NCBI GenBank assembly: GCA_024704765.1
Contig: JAKMXF010000362.1
Span: 74,149-138,148, forward strand
Source: Oopsacas minuta
Lineage: Eukaryota; Animalia; Porifera
Reading direction: 5' to 3'
DNA: 64,000 nt
The translations under genes and the position numbers were made by a program. Positions within the stretch are counted from its first letter, which is position 1. Every line of letters begins with the position of its first letter. The notes beneath the pieces were generated by a model, which saw nothing but the letters and a program-made list of their open reading frames with translations, made no database searches and was not told where the DNA came from. Below are positions 22,776 through 34,309 of this stretch, in pieces.

Positions 22776-23393
22776 CAAATGAGAATAACAGGGCCGGCGC
22801 CGCCTATAAAAGCTTGTAGATGTCCATGATAATGGATTCTGGGTGTCCGGACACGCAGAGCACGGTGGCTCCAGCCCTGAATATGTCTACGAATATGATT
22901 ACGAATACGAATACGAAATAAACAAAACGCACGAAACACTGGTTGATGTCCATCTTCCATGGTCTGTACCCTCACTTAGTCTGATCAACTATTTGAGCAA
23001 TTTGGGACTTGGGTGATGGATACTATACTAGTAACACCTTTAGTTATAGGGGGATAAGGTTGGTGGGTCTTTCAGTTTATAAGTGGGGGCTGGACCTGTT
23101 GGGTGGTCATGTATAAATATATATATATATACAATAAACAGAGCGAGCGCCTAGGTAACTGTAAAGGTGACAAGGGTAACGTTTGTTACAACAGCGTTTG
23201 GCTGAGTAAATTCTACAATGAACTGATTGAACTGATTTGTTGTAAATTGTTTGTTTATTACATATATGAATTATAATAATATGTGCTACATAGGCCCGAA
23301 AAGTAGAGCCTGTTACAATGAAAACCTTCTTGAGTAATCGCTCGCAACACTAGGGAAATACTCAAATAAATACAATAGATACATGCTAATGAG

Positions 23394-23788
23394 TAGGGCA
23401 TTAGTATCGTGCGATCTCGATCTGCTATTAACCATCGGAGGATGATCACCGATCATTTTATAAACAGTGATCGAGTGTAAGATCGGGATCATTTTCCCGA
23501 AAATTTTTGATCTTTTTAAGTAAACAGAATTGAAAATTGCGAATCTAGACCCAAAATGTATGTAATAATTTCATGGCAATCGGACTGGTAGATTTCGCAT
23601 GTCCGCCCGGGACACACGGACTCCCGCAGCTAATAGAGCATCTCCCTATATGAGGTGCTTATAAATTCCAGAAATGTGATCGGACAAATGATCGTGATTG
23701 TGATCGTGATCCTTTTTGGTGCAAGGATCAGAATCACGATTTCCGATCAGGATCTTGATAATTAATCTGGTGATCGACTAATGCCCTA
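23394..23788. mobile_element. hAT-type MITE
   Basis: Perfect 12-bp TIR TAGGGCATTAGT / ACTAATGCCCTA. The flanking 8-mers CTAATGAG and CTTATAAG match at 6 of 8 positions. Confidence 0.7.
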
Positions 23789-23853
23789 CTTATAAGTGAT
23801 TCATAATTATCCGCAAGTACAATATAATTATTCCGACTAACTGCTATTAACTA

Positions 23854-23936
23854 CAGTAGATTCTCGTTAATATGAACACGGTTAAGGAGTATGAATTTTG
23901 GCAGTCCCTGGTGTACGTGTTAACGAGAGTCTACAG
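23854..23936. mobile_element. 83-bp Tigger-type MITE
   Basis: CAGTAGATTCTCGTTAA ... TTAACGAGAGTCTACAG (2 mismatches), with TA on both sides. Confidence 0.6.
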
Positions 23937-24181
23937 TAAATGAAGTCCCGAGCATTATATAGGATGTCCAAACGTTATGTAACCAAGGGGGGGGGGGGCG
24001 CGGGTAATTGAATAACTGAACTAGACCGACATGACTATCAACTAAGACTTTACCACCGATTAATCAGGTCGAATTGTTTAGCCAAAGTGGGCCTATTAAG
24101 ACTGTAAACACATTTACGCACCTACGTAACAATACAGAAGTTATACTGGATAATTTAGTTATCGCAGTAATGTATATAAAA

Positions 24182-25963
24182 TCATAGTTTAGAATCTTCT
24201 AAAGCTGTATGAGCTTGAGAGGTTAAAATATCCTTCATTTCAAATAAACTAGATACTATTTCTCTACACAGCTGGGTTGAAGTCACACTAGTACGAGATA
24301 GTATAGTAGTGAGGGTAAGGATAATGTGGTTAGGAGTTGACGAGTATCCAATGAAATGTCCGTTGGTGAGGGGAATTGTTCCAAGAAAAGGGACTGATGT
24401 GAAAACAGAACTAATAGCTAGTTTAGGTTCAATGAACAATTCAAAATGAGAGTTATGAAACAAATCAACAGATAAATTCTCTTTCTCCGCTAAATATCTC
24501 AGAGCTTGTAGATGCTTAACAAACACATGACCTCCACTAGTCTCAGATAACAATAGTTTGTATGTGTTGGTAGCTCTTAACATCAGCCTCCATCTCTCTC
24601 TATCAGACTGACTGCTTGTTGTCATAGATTCCACAAATGTCTTCATATCCTCACTGACTGTGATCGGATGCTCTAGACGTCCTTCTCTGAAGCTTCTCAT
24701 AGAAACAGTTTGATAGCTAGCTGTCAGCTGATTGTACAGCTTATAGTAAGCTAGCTGGATAGCTAGCTGAATGAAACCATGGAAATATACTCCATAATTC
24801 TTAATCAGGTCTCTTCCAAAGCTTTTCACATCAACATTACACACATCATAATCACTATACCAATTTATCATTTGTTTCTCAGCATTTTCTAAATTGAGCA
24901 AACTCTTTTGAGAAAGTTCCCATTTGATTTGTTCTACATTCAAACTAGAATTTATACGTTTTGTATCATCGAAAGAAATTCCTGGTTCAGGAAGAGTATC
25001 AAAGAAGTACGGTACAACACCATCTAATAAGGCGTGATCAGATATCCAAGTTTTGTAACCATTTTGGGTAAATACAGTAAGTAAACCCAATCCAAACCAA
25101 CGATTGTAAAATTTGAAATTCTCTCGTATATCCCCGAATCTCTGCATTTTTGGTATCTCATTATCATCTCCATTAGTACATTCATCTATGCATAGTCCGA
25201 ATAGACTAGTTTCAATCTCCCTCAAAGAGCTAGCATTGATAGAAGAATCCTGTATCAGCTGTTCTCTAGCTGATGACCAGCTGTCTCTGTCTAGAGCTGT
25301 CAACAGACTCACAGGTGCATGACTCTGTGTCTCCTCACTACCAGAACTCATCACCTGAGATAGTAACTGGTACATTTCTTCCACACTCAGAGACTTGTTT
25401 CCATCAGCCGGGTTGTACACAGGCATTCTGTATATCCTACCAGCATACATCACTATAATGTGTTTGCTATGAGGGGAGAATACCTGAGTATCGATTTTAG
25501 GTTTAGGCACTCTGTATCCACCAACCAACCGAATGTACTGACTCATGCTCTGTGGAACTCTACCTATCATTTCTTGAGGCAATCTCTCATCACGGATAGT
25601 CTCCATCAATCTCACCATACTGAAGAGATGCTGGGATATAGCTAGCAGCATTTCTTTGTGAGTAGACCATTTCAGTCTAGTTTTAAGTGTAGTTTTACCG
25701 TTAGTAAAGAGGAGAGAGTCTCTGTTGGAGAGATATCTGGTGTCTACCCACACACGTGACGCCCAGTTGTCCGTCTCTTCTGCGAATGTTAACAATCTAT
25801 TCTGGAGATACACACCCTCTCTCTTTGAAAAGGAGTTTGTAGACTTGATTAGTTGAGAATGCTGAGTCTGTGTGGTTAGCGGCTTCATAGCTGTCAGGAA
25901 TCTGTCCAGAGTGTCAGACAGAGCAGGAACAGGTAGTTTGGGGAGAATCTTATAGCGAGACAT
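24182..25963 (-). CDS. Choline/carnitine O-acyltransferase family protein, copy 2, with C-terminal PTS1 (SKL)
   Basis: Same scaffold as copy 1; catalytic DHALLDG; ends ...LEDSKL*. Confidence 0.9.
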   Translation of the reverse strand: MSRYKILPKLPVPALSDTLDRFLTAMKPLTTQTQHSQLIKSTNSFSKREGVYLQNRLLTFAEETDNWASRVWVDTRYLSNRDSLLFTNGKTTLKTRLKWSTHKEMLLAISQHLFSMVRLMETIRDERLPQEMIGRVPQSMSQYIRLVGGYRVPKPKIDTQVFSPHSKHIIVMYAGRIYRMPVYNPADGNKSLSVEEMYQLLSQVMSSGSEETQSHAPVSLLTALDRDSWSSAREQLIQDSSINASSLREIETSLFGLCIDECTNGDDNEIPKMQRFGDIRENFKFYNRWFGLGLLTVFTQNGYKTWISDHALLDGVVPYFFDTLPEPGISFDDTKRINSSLNVEQIKWELSQKSLLNLENAEKQMINWYSDYDVCNVDVKSFGRDLIKNYGVYFHGFIQLAIQLAYYKLYNQLTASYQTVSMRSFREGRLEHPITVSEDMKTFVESMTTSSQSDRERWRLMLRATNTYKLLLSETSGGHVFVKHLQALRYLAEKENLSVDLFHNSHFELFIEPKLAISSVFTSVPFLGTIPLTNGHFIGYSSTPNHIILTLTTILSRTSVTSTQLCREIVSSLFEMKDILTSQAHTALEDSKL

Positions 25964-27793
25964 TTATCCTTTCCTCTTCCAATTTGTTATTACAAACAGT
26001 TATCTAAATTTTGAAAGAACTAATTTCAAACCAAAATGAAATGAATATCAATCATAGATAGTTGGAAATTGAAATGTAAGAGGGACGAATGGAGTTGGCA
26101 TAGACTTTGTTCTAGCTAGTACGTGTTGTTATTAGTGCAAATCTTGCTCACACTTCAGGGGATATATCGGAATATCGCTTTAGTAATTGAAATATTATTC
26201 CAATGCTCTTGACACAAGCAGTGGGCATACCAAGCACCTTTGGTACCCGGGACGGAATCTGAAGTTGGTACCCCGTTTTTCTGTATTTTATACAATATAT
26301 AGCTAAGTATATTGTACATATTCCAGGTGGCCAAAAATACGGGCCCCGTGCACTTTCAGGCCAACTTGAAACCATTCGTCAAACAAGGCAATAATAATAT
26401 ATTTATTTCCGTTTTTTTGGCCCGCCCTGTATGTGAGATGGTTATTTTCCAACATATGTTTTGAATGTTATATAATGTAGGCATGATGAGTTTATTTTGT
26501 TAGATAAACTTATTATAGTTTAGCGGGTATGTATAGGAACGCAGTAACTACATCTGGGATCTCAAAAATATAATAATATAATGTATCTCTCTCAGTCAAG
26601 GTTGGCACCCCCCTTGGTACGCCACTGGTCACAAGTTCATAGTCACTGCGAATATCAGTAGTGAAATATGAGCCACACTTAACGTAATTCGTGAATGAAC
26701 TGAACTTGCGTCAATTAGAGATGAACTGAATTGCATTCATTCAGTACGTTCGTAAACCTTTCATTCCCTGTGTCTTTCCTCATGTCTATTTCATATCACG
26801 CCTCAACCTGACGCTTTGAGTAATCAAATTCTGGGCTATTGAATACGTTACCACATGCGGATATCGCATGCGATAATGAAAATGAATATAGCCAAACATC
26901 CATTTTTTATAATCAATTTTTGTCCCGTATTTACAAATTTGTCATGTATATTCGTATAATTCATCTCTTAGCCGATGTAGATGGCTTTTTAAGTACTAGA
27001 TGTATGTGCCATTTGTACTGTATGACCCAGTGCAAAAATTCCAAAATACAATAATTAGAGCAATGTAATTAACTACGTGATTCGAAAAATATCAAACTCA
27101 TCAACGAGATGTCGCTTCAAAAGACCCTAGAAAGAACAAAGAGAAATATTACTTTAATCTAGCATTAAAACTTTGCTCAATAATAATAATAATAATGAGA
27201 CAAATTACATTTTACTTACCACCTGTAAATACTATCATTTTGTATATGGTTATTAAAACAGAGGAAGTGATGTAAATATTAATGAGCTGTGATATCATGT
27301 TGTACATATTCATACAACGAGAGCGATAAGAGTGAGCTGGTAAAAATTTATAGACTTTTTAGCTCTTATATATTGAAATTGTCTCATGTTATGCTCTTAT
27401 GGAGATGATAACCCAAGCTGTATTTGCCATGAAGAATTTAGACATTTTTGGAATGCTGGTTATAGTGTGACTTGCCTGGCCCGCTGGTTGGGCCAACTTA
27501 ATGCTGGTCACTTGGTGTCTATGGAATACCTTTTTCACTTGTGAACCTATTATTACCTAGTACGTTATACATGGAAATTAATCATTCAATGAACAGAATA
27601 TTAACATCACAATTGCTAGAATGAAATATCCTATGAAAATTTTGGAATTTAGCCCTGACCCTTTAAGATATTTTCTGGGATATCATTCCGTCCCATTCCT
27701 GAAATATACCCAGTACAGAATTGTCCCATTTCGTATTGGGTATATTATCATCTATTTCAATACGATATTAGTGTCAATCATTAGATTAGTATA

Positions 27794-29044
27794 ATGACAA
27801 ATGGTGAATATGAAATACACGATGAACTAGACGTACTATCTCCTGTTCCGATAGTCTCCTTCCTCCACTCTAACTCTCCTCTACCTCCTGACGTCATATC
27901 AGATCCTAACTCCTCTAGAATGCAATTCTCTATCACTCCTCCTACAGACTCATCTGATACAATATTCACTGCTACAACAAGCAATATGACGTATGAAGCT
28001 ACACCCCTTACTAACCAGATCACTAGCTACTATATAGCTGTTAGAGATAAGAACTCAGGTAATATTAGACTCCTCCCTACTCAAATATTCCAACTCTCTC
28101 CTAAGATTAAATCCAGACAGCTAACCTCATCACCTACTGAGGAGAAGGAAGAACGTACTTACAGACAGAAACAAGCTGAACTAGTACGTGCTTTCGGAAG
28201 TTCTAAAGATAAGAGAAAGCTAGCCTCTGCTGAGCGTAGTGCTAATGATCCAGAGCTATTAGCAGATACTATAGGACAAGCTCTTAGCTCTGTGAAGCAA
28301 TCAGAGAATGGAGTGATTGAGGATAACACGTCTGAGTCTCTGCTCCTTCCTATACACCATCCTGATACCGATCAACCAGCTGACATTTATCTGCTGGAAG
28401 AGTTGATACCTGAGACAGTACTAAACTCAGTGTCTAGCTACGCGCGGGAGATACGAACAGCTGATATCCAGCTGTTAAAGGAGTGGAGAAAGGAAGGGAA
28501 GTATCAGAGTTATGTATTGTCGTGGTTTAATGAAGAGCGATTGAATCAACTGAAGGAACACTCAAGATATCATTACAAACCTCTATTGAGAGGATTAGTA
28601 TGTCTACACTTCTTGCTAGCATTCTATCTCATTCCTATCCGTAAGAAATACAGCTCTAGTCAGCTGATAGAAGATGTGGATTTCTTTCCTGTAGAACTCA
28701 GGGATTTCTGTCTTGCTTCATTCGCTGATAAGAGCGCTGGCATAAGCGAGGGTAAAGCTTACTCTCTCAGTAAGAAACTCAAAGACAAGCTATTACTATT
28801 CATAATTACTATATCTGTAATATTAGAAGATTATAAGATGGATCCTAGTATCCTTATATCTAATCTTCAAATACAGCCAGATTCAGCAAGGAAATATTTT
28901 CTATCTGTTGGGTGTAAATTCGTCTCAAACTTCCCTAAGAAACGGAAAATAGAAGAAGGAGATTCTAGTGATGTCTCTCTCAAATTATTTCTACCAGCTC
29001 CACTCCAGTTACCAAAGAGATCTTTTTTTAGAAAAAAGTTTTGA
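27794..29044 (+). CDS. POLR1E: RNA polymerase I subunit RPA49/PAF53 homologue
   Basis: YYIAVRDKNSG..RL (A49 N-terminal), TYRQKQAELVRAFGSSKDKRKL, LPIHHPDTDQPADIYLLEELIP, LKDKLLLFII, basic C-terminal tail. Confidence 0.8.
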   Translation: MTNGEYEIHDELDVLSPVPIVSFLHSNSPLPPDVISDPNSSRMQFSITPPTDSSDTIFTATTSNMTYEATPLTNQITSYYIAVRDKNSGNIRLLPTQIFQLSPKIKSRQLTSSPTEEKEERTYRQKQAELVRAFGSSKDKRKLASAERSANDPELLADTIGQALSSVKQSENGVIEDNTSESLLLPIHHPDTDQPADIYLLEELIPETVLNSVSSYAREIRTADIQLLKEWRKEGKYQSYVLSWFNEERLNQLKEHSRYHYKPLLRGLVCLHFLLAFYLIPIRKKYSSSQLIEDVDFFPVELRDFCLASFADKSAGISEGKAYSLSKKLKDKLLLFIITISVILEDYKMDPSILISNLQIQPDSARKYFLSVGCKFVSNFPKKRKIEEGDSSDVSLKLFLPAPLQLPKRSFFRKKF

Positions 29045-30946
29045 TTAATTTAAGATAGTATTGAAAATATTAATTACTGTCTCTTTACCGCTTATCTTCA
29101 AATATTGGGTGAATTGCGGTTGTTATTACTAGGAGTTATACTCCCAGCTCCCGATCCATTTTCACCTCCAAATTGTGTATTTTACTCTCGATTTTTATTC
29201 TTACTTTACTATCAAATTACATAACCGCAAATAATGGAAGCATTTTCTAAGTTACGAGAATTTAATTCTTCTATGTCTCTTCAGAGGTATTAGTGATAAT
29301 AAAACATTATAAAAATACAGTCAAATGTGAATAGCCTCTCGTATCTCTTCATTTTGTATTAAAATGAATTGTAATACTTTTCCGTTTCTAATCAATTTGG
29401 TATTTAACACTTCTTAGTTTAATCAAACAAGCTAAATTGTGTAGATATCTTCTAAGTAGTAGATTCGCATCACTATTGCTTATATAATAGCTATGTATTG
29501 ATATTTCAATTTTAGTTACAAAACTTCATTGATTATATTAAAGAATACTTACAGCAGTTAACAACTTAACTGCTATCGAAAAGGTTTTAACCGCGGCCTT
29601 AATTCGTTTAACCAGCCCTAGCCCTGCCAACAGTTATGAGAGGCTGCTTCTTGAGAGAGTAGTCAGGCTCACATTATTTCAACCCTTACTTATGGGTAGC
29701 TTCAGTATTGTTTTTCATTTGTTGCCATTTATTTATCCTTTATGGAGTTGAGTTTTGTTACGAATAGTATTGAACTAATACGTACATGCCTATTTTAAGT
29801 TGTGTAACTTGAGAATACCAATTGACCTCAATGGTTGTTATCGTAATCACTGTTAATTAAGTTAATTTTATTGGGTATTTATAGTATAAATATATTTACA
29901 TATTAGCTAGATAGTATGTGAATAAGCTGCATATGTCATATCCATACGACATATAACCACTAATAGAAATTAGTTTATTCCTTCCCCAGCTGATAGGAAT
30001 AAGTATTTCTGTCTAATATCAGAATCCCCCGCTGAATGCAGCGTCCTCGTGTACACACAACTCCTGTTTCTTTACTCACATGTTAATCATCTCGTTCCGT
30101 ATTGGATTATATCATCTATCGCTCCTTTCATAGTAGTCCACTAAGTAGAAATAACAACAACAGGTATGGATTCAGTGTAGAATGGCTTCATTATTTCCTG
30201 TATTATAGTGTAATCCATCTGACCACTAACCTCAGTGGGACATTGTACACAAGCTTCAAACGAATCTTCACAGAAGAATATTATCAATGAATGATGTGTC
30301 TCTGTTGGTATGAGGAGGTTTGGTTTTATGGGTTTGAACTTTTTGAGCCAACTTCAACGCAGCTAGATTTTCAATGAATAAAAAATGTGTTACAATTTGG
30401 AAATGGTCGAATTATCGGACAGATTTGTATGAGATTCATGTAAGAGTTTCAAGAGAAAATGTCTTAGTTAATTAAAGTAACAAACAAACAAAAACACACA
30501 ATATTGTTTAAATTCATTTGAATAGGAAAATTGTAACAATTCAAGCTAATTAACAACTAACGATTACGCAGCTGAGAGCTAATCATTTCGCTAATTTTGC
30601 ACACAATTTTTGGTATAAAGAATGATAATCAAAATTGATGGAAAATTTTGATAACATTGAGATAGCATACATACTTTTTAAAATAACTTACTGGGGCGTA
30701 ACTAGAATCCTCAGCGCGAAGAGCTTGTAGACAAGGTTAAATATTGCCTACATTAGTATATTTACAGTTAATTATGCGTAATCCTGATATGCACCTAATC
30801 CTGATAATTTATAATGTCCCCGTTCAATTAGCTATGTTTTGTATGTTTGTCCATGCTCGAAATCTGGATGTGCATAATTCGGTGTAGCAGCCCAGAATAT
30901 ACCCAGTAGTATGATATGAGCTAGACAGAATATACTACATACCTTA

Positions 30947-31159
30947 ATTATGTCATGTGCAGAAGTGTGGGGCGTCTGGTGTCATCTAATTATTCATAAA
31001 GCCCACCATACACAATGCAATTTTTGAATGAAAACACAACATAACATTGTTGCACCGTGTATATTACTTTGTTGCATGCAACATATTTGCATCATACATG
31101 GTGGGCTTTTGAATAATTAGATGACACCAGACACCCCACACTTCTGCACATGACATAAT
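30947..31159. mobile_element. Fold-back MITE with about 60-bp inverted arms
   Basis: ATTATGTCATGTGCAGAAGTGTGGGGCGTCTGGTGTCATCTAATTATTCATAAAGCCCACCA is mirrored almost perfectly at about 31098-31159. Confidence 0.8.
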
Positions 31160-31769
31160 ACCGATAGTATAGTATGTCCTATCCCACTTCATACTCTGTA
31201 TATTCTGAGCTATCCCACTTCATACCCAGGGGTATAATCTGTCAAAGGACAGGACAAACCTGGGTATGATCTGGACTGATACACAGAAAAACCGGTTATG
31301 ATTTGGGATTATTCTATTTATGCCAAATTCGGACATACGTGCACGTGTATCATTTTCGACTAGTGTACATCGGACTTAGTCCTGTTCAACCTGACCACTA
31401 TTTTGGAGCTGTTAGTACTGCTGCTATGAATAGTTAGTTTCTAAACCAGACTACTAATGTACTTCTAAATCCTTGCTTAATGTCCAGTGACACATTAACA
31501 TATCGTTTAAGCCATTGAGGCACTAAATGCATTGTACTGCTCACGAAGGTACCTTGAGCACCTAATTTACAGGTATACCATCTACATTTCACAACCATAG
31601 ATGAGTATATAACAAATACTTATTTGCTAAGCCTAATATACACTTTAGATAAATTCTGATGGATTCGTGTCATCACTGGACGATTCATCAAATTCTCAAT
31701 GTATGACAATTCTGGTTACTTTACACACTAGATTGATAGTAGTGCGTTATTCCGAATGCTTAGTATAAT

Positions 31770-32148
31770 CAGAGCATTAAGTAGCGCGGTGCTCATATTT
31801 TGAAGAGCGGGACCTGGACCGCACTCCATTTATGATTCAGGAGTGGAATGGGGAGCAGCGCACACACTGGAGCGCGCTTCTATTTAATTGCAAACAATTT
31901 ACAAATTTCATTGTTATTCTGCATAAAATTTAGTATTCTTGCTATAAAAAGTGAATGCTGGGAGGCTTTGCATAATTCACAATTTATTGAAAAGGTTGAT
32001 GTTGCACATTTAGTAATTTCTCCGATGTATGATGGTTAAATTCAATCCTGATTACTTAAATACAAATCTAAAGTAAATCTGAAAGAATGAAAAGTGGGAG
32101 CACGGAGCGAGAGCCTGCTCCAAAAGATGAAGAGTGCTTAATGATCTG
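31770..32148. mobile_element. hAT-type MITE
   Basis: TIR CAGAGCATTAAG / CTTAATGATCTG (1 mismatch). 8-bp TSD AGTATAAT / AGCATAAT (7 of 8). Confidence 0.8.
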
Positions 32149-32219
32149 AGCATAATATGTATTTGTAAATTAGAATTTCGTGTGCAAAATGGCTCATAGA
32201 ATTTAAATAGGAGATAACC

Positions 32220-34078
32220 CATTTCTGTTACAAATAAAAGAGTGAGAACAGAGCTACAAGAAAACATAGCTCTCGCTCGTGATGTGCTGAATACGAGAGA
32301 ATCATTATTAATGTCAGAGCTGCATTATCTAGAGGCTAAATACAGGGGTAATAAAGTTGCTGAGTAAATTCTAGAATTGTCTCGAACGAAGGAACAAACT
32401 GTTTCTACTCTTAGAAACTGTTATAATAGATAATTCTTGGGAGTAGGTGTAGCTCAGCTAGATACTCGCGTTAGAGAGCTAGAAGCTAGTCTAGCAAAAA
32501 CTAGAGATAGCATGAGTAGTATAGAAGTGCAATGGGATGGAAATCTGGAGAGTATATTGAAAGAGACGGGGTCTCTTCAAGTTAAAAGAGCATCTGTGAT
32601 TACCAAAATTGTTAACCCTTCTCTACTGATATTACTTCATCCCTCAGTCCCTCCATTGCAAATTCGCCCTCCGTTGATTATTTTGTGAATAACCAAGAGC
32701 CTCATGTTGATATTAATCTCTAAACTGAAGCATCTAATAGTTTAATCTACCATAATTTTCCTATATTTGCTGAATATGAAACATTTCACAATGTATTAGA
32801 GGATAATCTCAATAATACAACTGATTTGGATTCTCTAATTGAAACTCTCCAATACACTATTGATGAGAATTCATCAACATATCCTGATCTTAATTCTGCT
32901 ATTGAAACTTTCCAATTTGCTATAGAGGATAATACATATGTACATCCTAATCTTCATTCTCTTATTGAGAATATTTGGAATAATATTTCCATATATGCTG
33001 ATTTCAATACTCAGTCTATTACTCATGATGATCTTGAAATGAATATTCAATATGAAAAACTACAACGTATGGAAGATAACACAACCATCCCACATTATTT
33101 TGACTATTTCAATCTCAAAGTATCGAGAATTCTATTGAAGAAGACGGGAGGCTCCATACTGTATTTGATTTGAAAGAACAGCTAATCTATAACAATAGAG
33201 GTCTCTGTTCGAATAAAACCTCGAATTCTAAAATTGAATTTCTTAAATCTCCAATTGAGGATAATGGATTAGGACATGATCCAACCCAATCACTTGATAA
33301 TCCCGAGGTTACTGTTGACACTATTTCTCGGAGTATAAACGTGGATCCTCTCTATAATGACCGACCGTATTATCCTCTAACAGATGTAAATGAATTCCGT
33401 GATACTCTAACTATAGAAACTACAAGAAATACTCTCATTGAATCTACTTTACACAACTTTATACTTCATTACTATCCACTCTTGATTATACGTTAGCTAC
33501 ACTAGCAGAGGAACCAAGGGAAGATCTGCCTATCTATATATCATCTGATGAGCCAGAGATTTATGTTGTGCAACCTGACCTATACACTCAGATTGAACTG
33601 AATGATAGGAAAGATTTTGAGCTTAATATTTCTATTTCTAATCTTGCCACGAGACCGAAACATGATCTAGATATTCTAAAATCATTGTCTGACGCGATTC
33701 CTAAATGTCAGCTTCCGAACAAAACAATAAAGCTCCGAAAGGATCCTATCATGCCATCGGCTTTGAACACAGAATTTGTTTTTCCCGATATCAGTTTCGG
33801 AGAACATTATCCTGTGAAGTCAGTAACCAGATCTGAGAGAGAAAAACAAGTTCATAAACCTGTGATACGTAAGAGAAAAAGGAAATATCGTTATTATGGT
33901 GCCAAAAACATCCAAAAAGAAAGGACACTTTTTCGTTAGAAATAAGCTCCAAAAGGATATGTTAAAGAATAACAAAAATATTTTGACTGCCAAATCACTC
34001 CATTGCGGAACTTCACAAGGAAATACGGGCAAGCATACTTCTGATAAAACTCAAATAAAACCCAACATTACTCAGTAA
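32220..34078 (+). pseudogene. Disrupted coding region: coiled-coil N-terminus, 21-aa tandem repeats, basic segment
   Basis: RVRTELQENIALARDVLNTRESLLMSEL...QWDGNLESILKETGSLQV with internal stops, similar in pattern to the N-termini of the NHL genes here. 63-bp period at 32823/32886/32949. A chain of frameshifted + strand ORFs continues to 34078. Confidence 0.55.
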
Positions 34079-34309
34079 GAAACAGAGGGATAGTCCTTAT
34101 ATAAAATTTCGTAACATATATATCCCTAAATCATATAGATACTTTACCGATGCATATAACTCTATGCGATATGTGTCACATAAATAGTACTTAAATTTGA
34201 AGAACATTTCAACACGCCTTATTTAAAGAAAATAAAGCTGCCAGAATCCCAGCCTGATGGGATTATTGTGATGAAAGATTAATGGAAGTAGCTCCTGTAC
34301 CTACTCACC

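Noticed and set aside
22736-22975. Minus-strand 79-aa ORF
   Set aside because: It overlaps the decayed plus-strand NHL remnant and an ATACGA short repeat, and has no protein-like motif.
19481-25987. Duplicated blocks as LTRs of a retroelement
   Set aside because: The repeats are coding parts of two complete ORFs, with no TG...CA ends, primer-binding site or gag/pol sequence.
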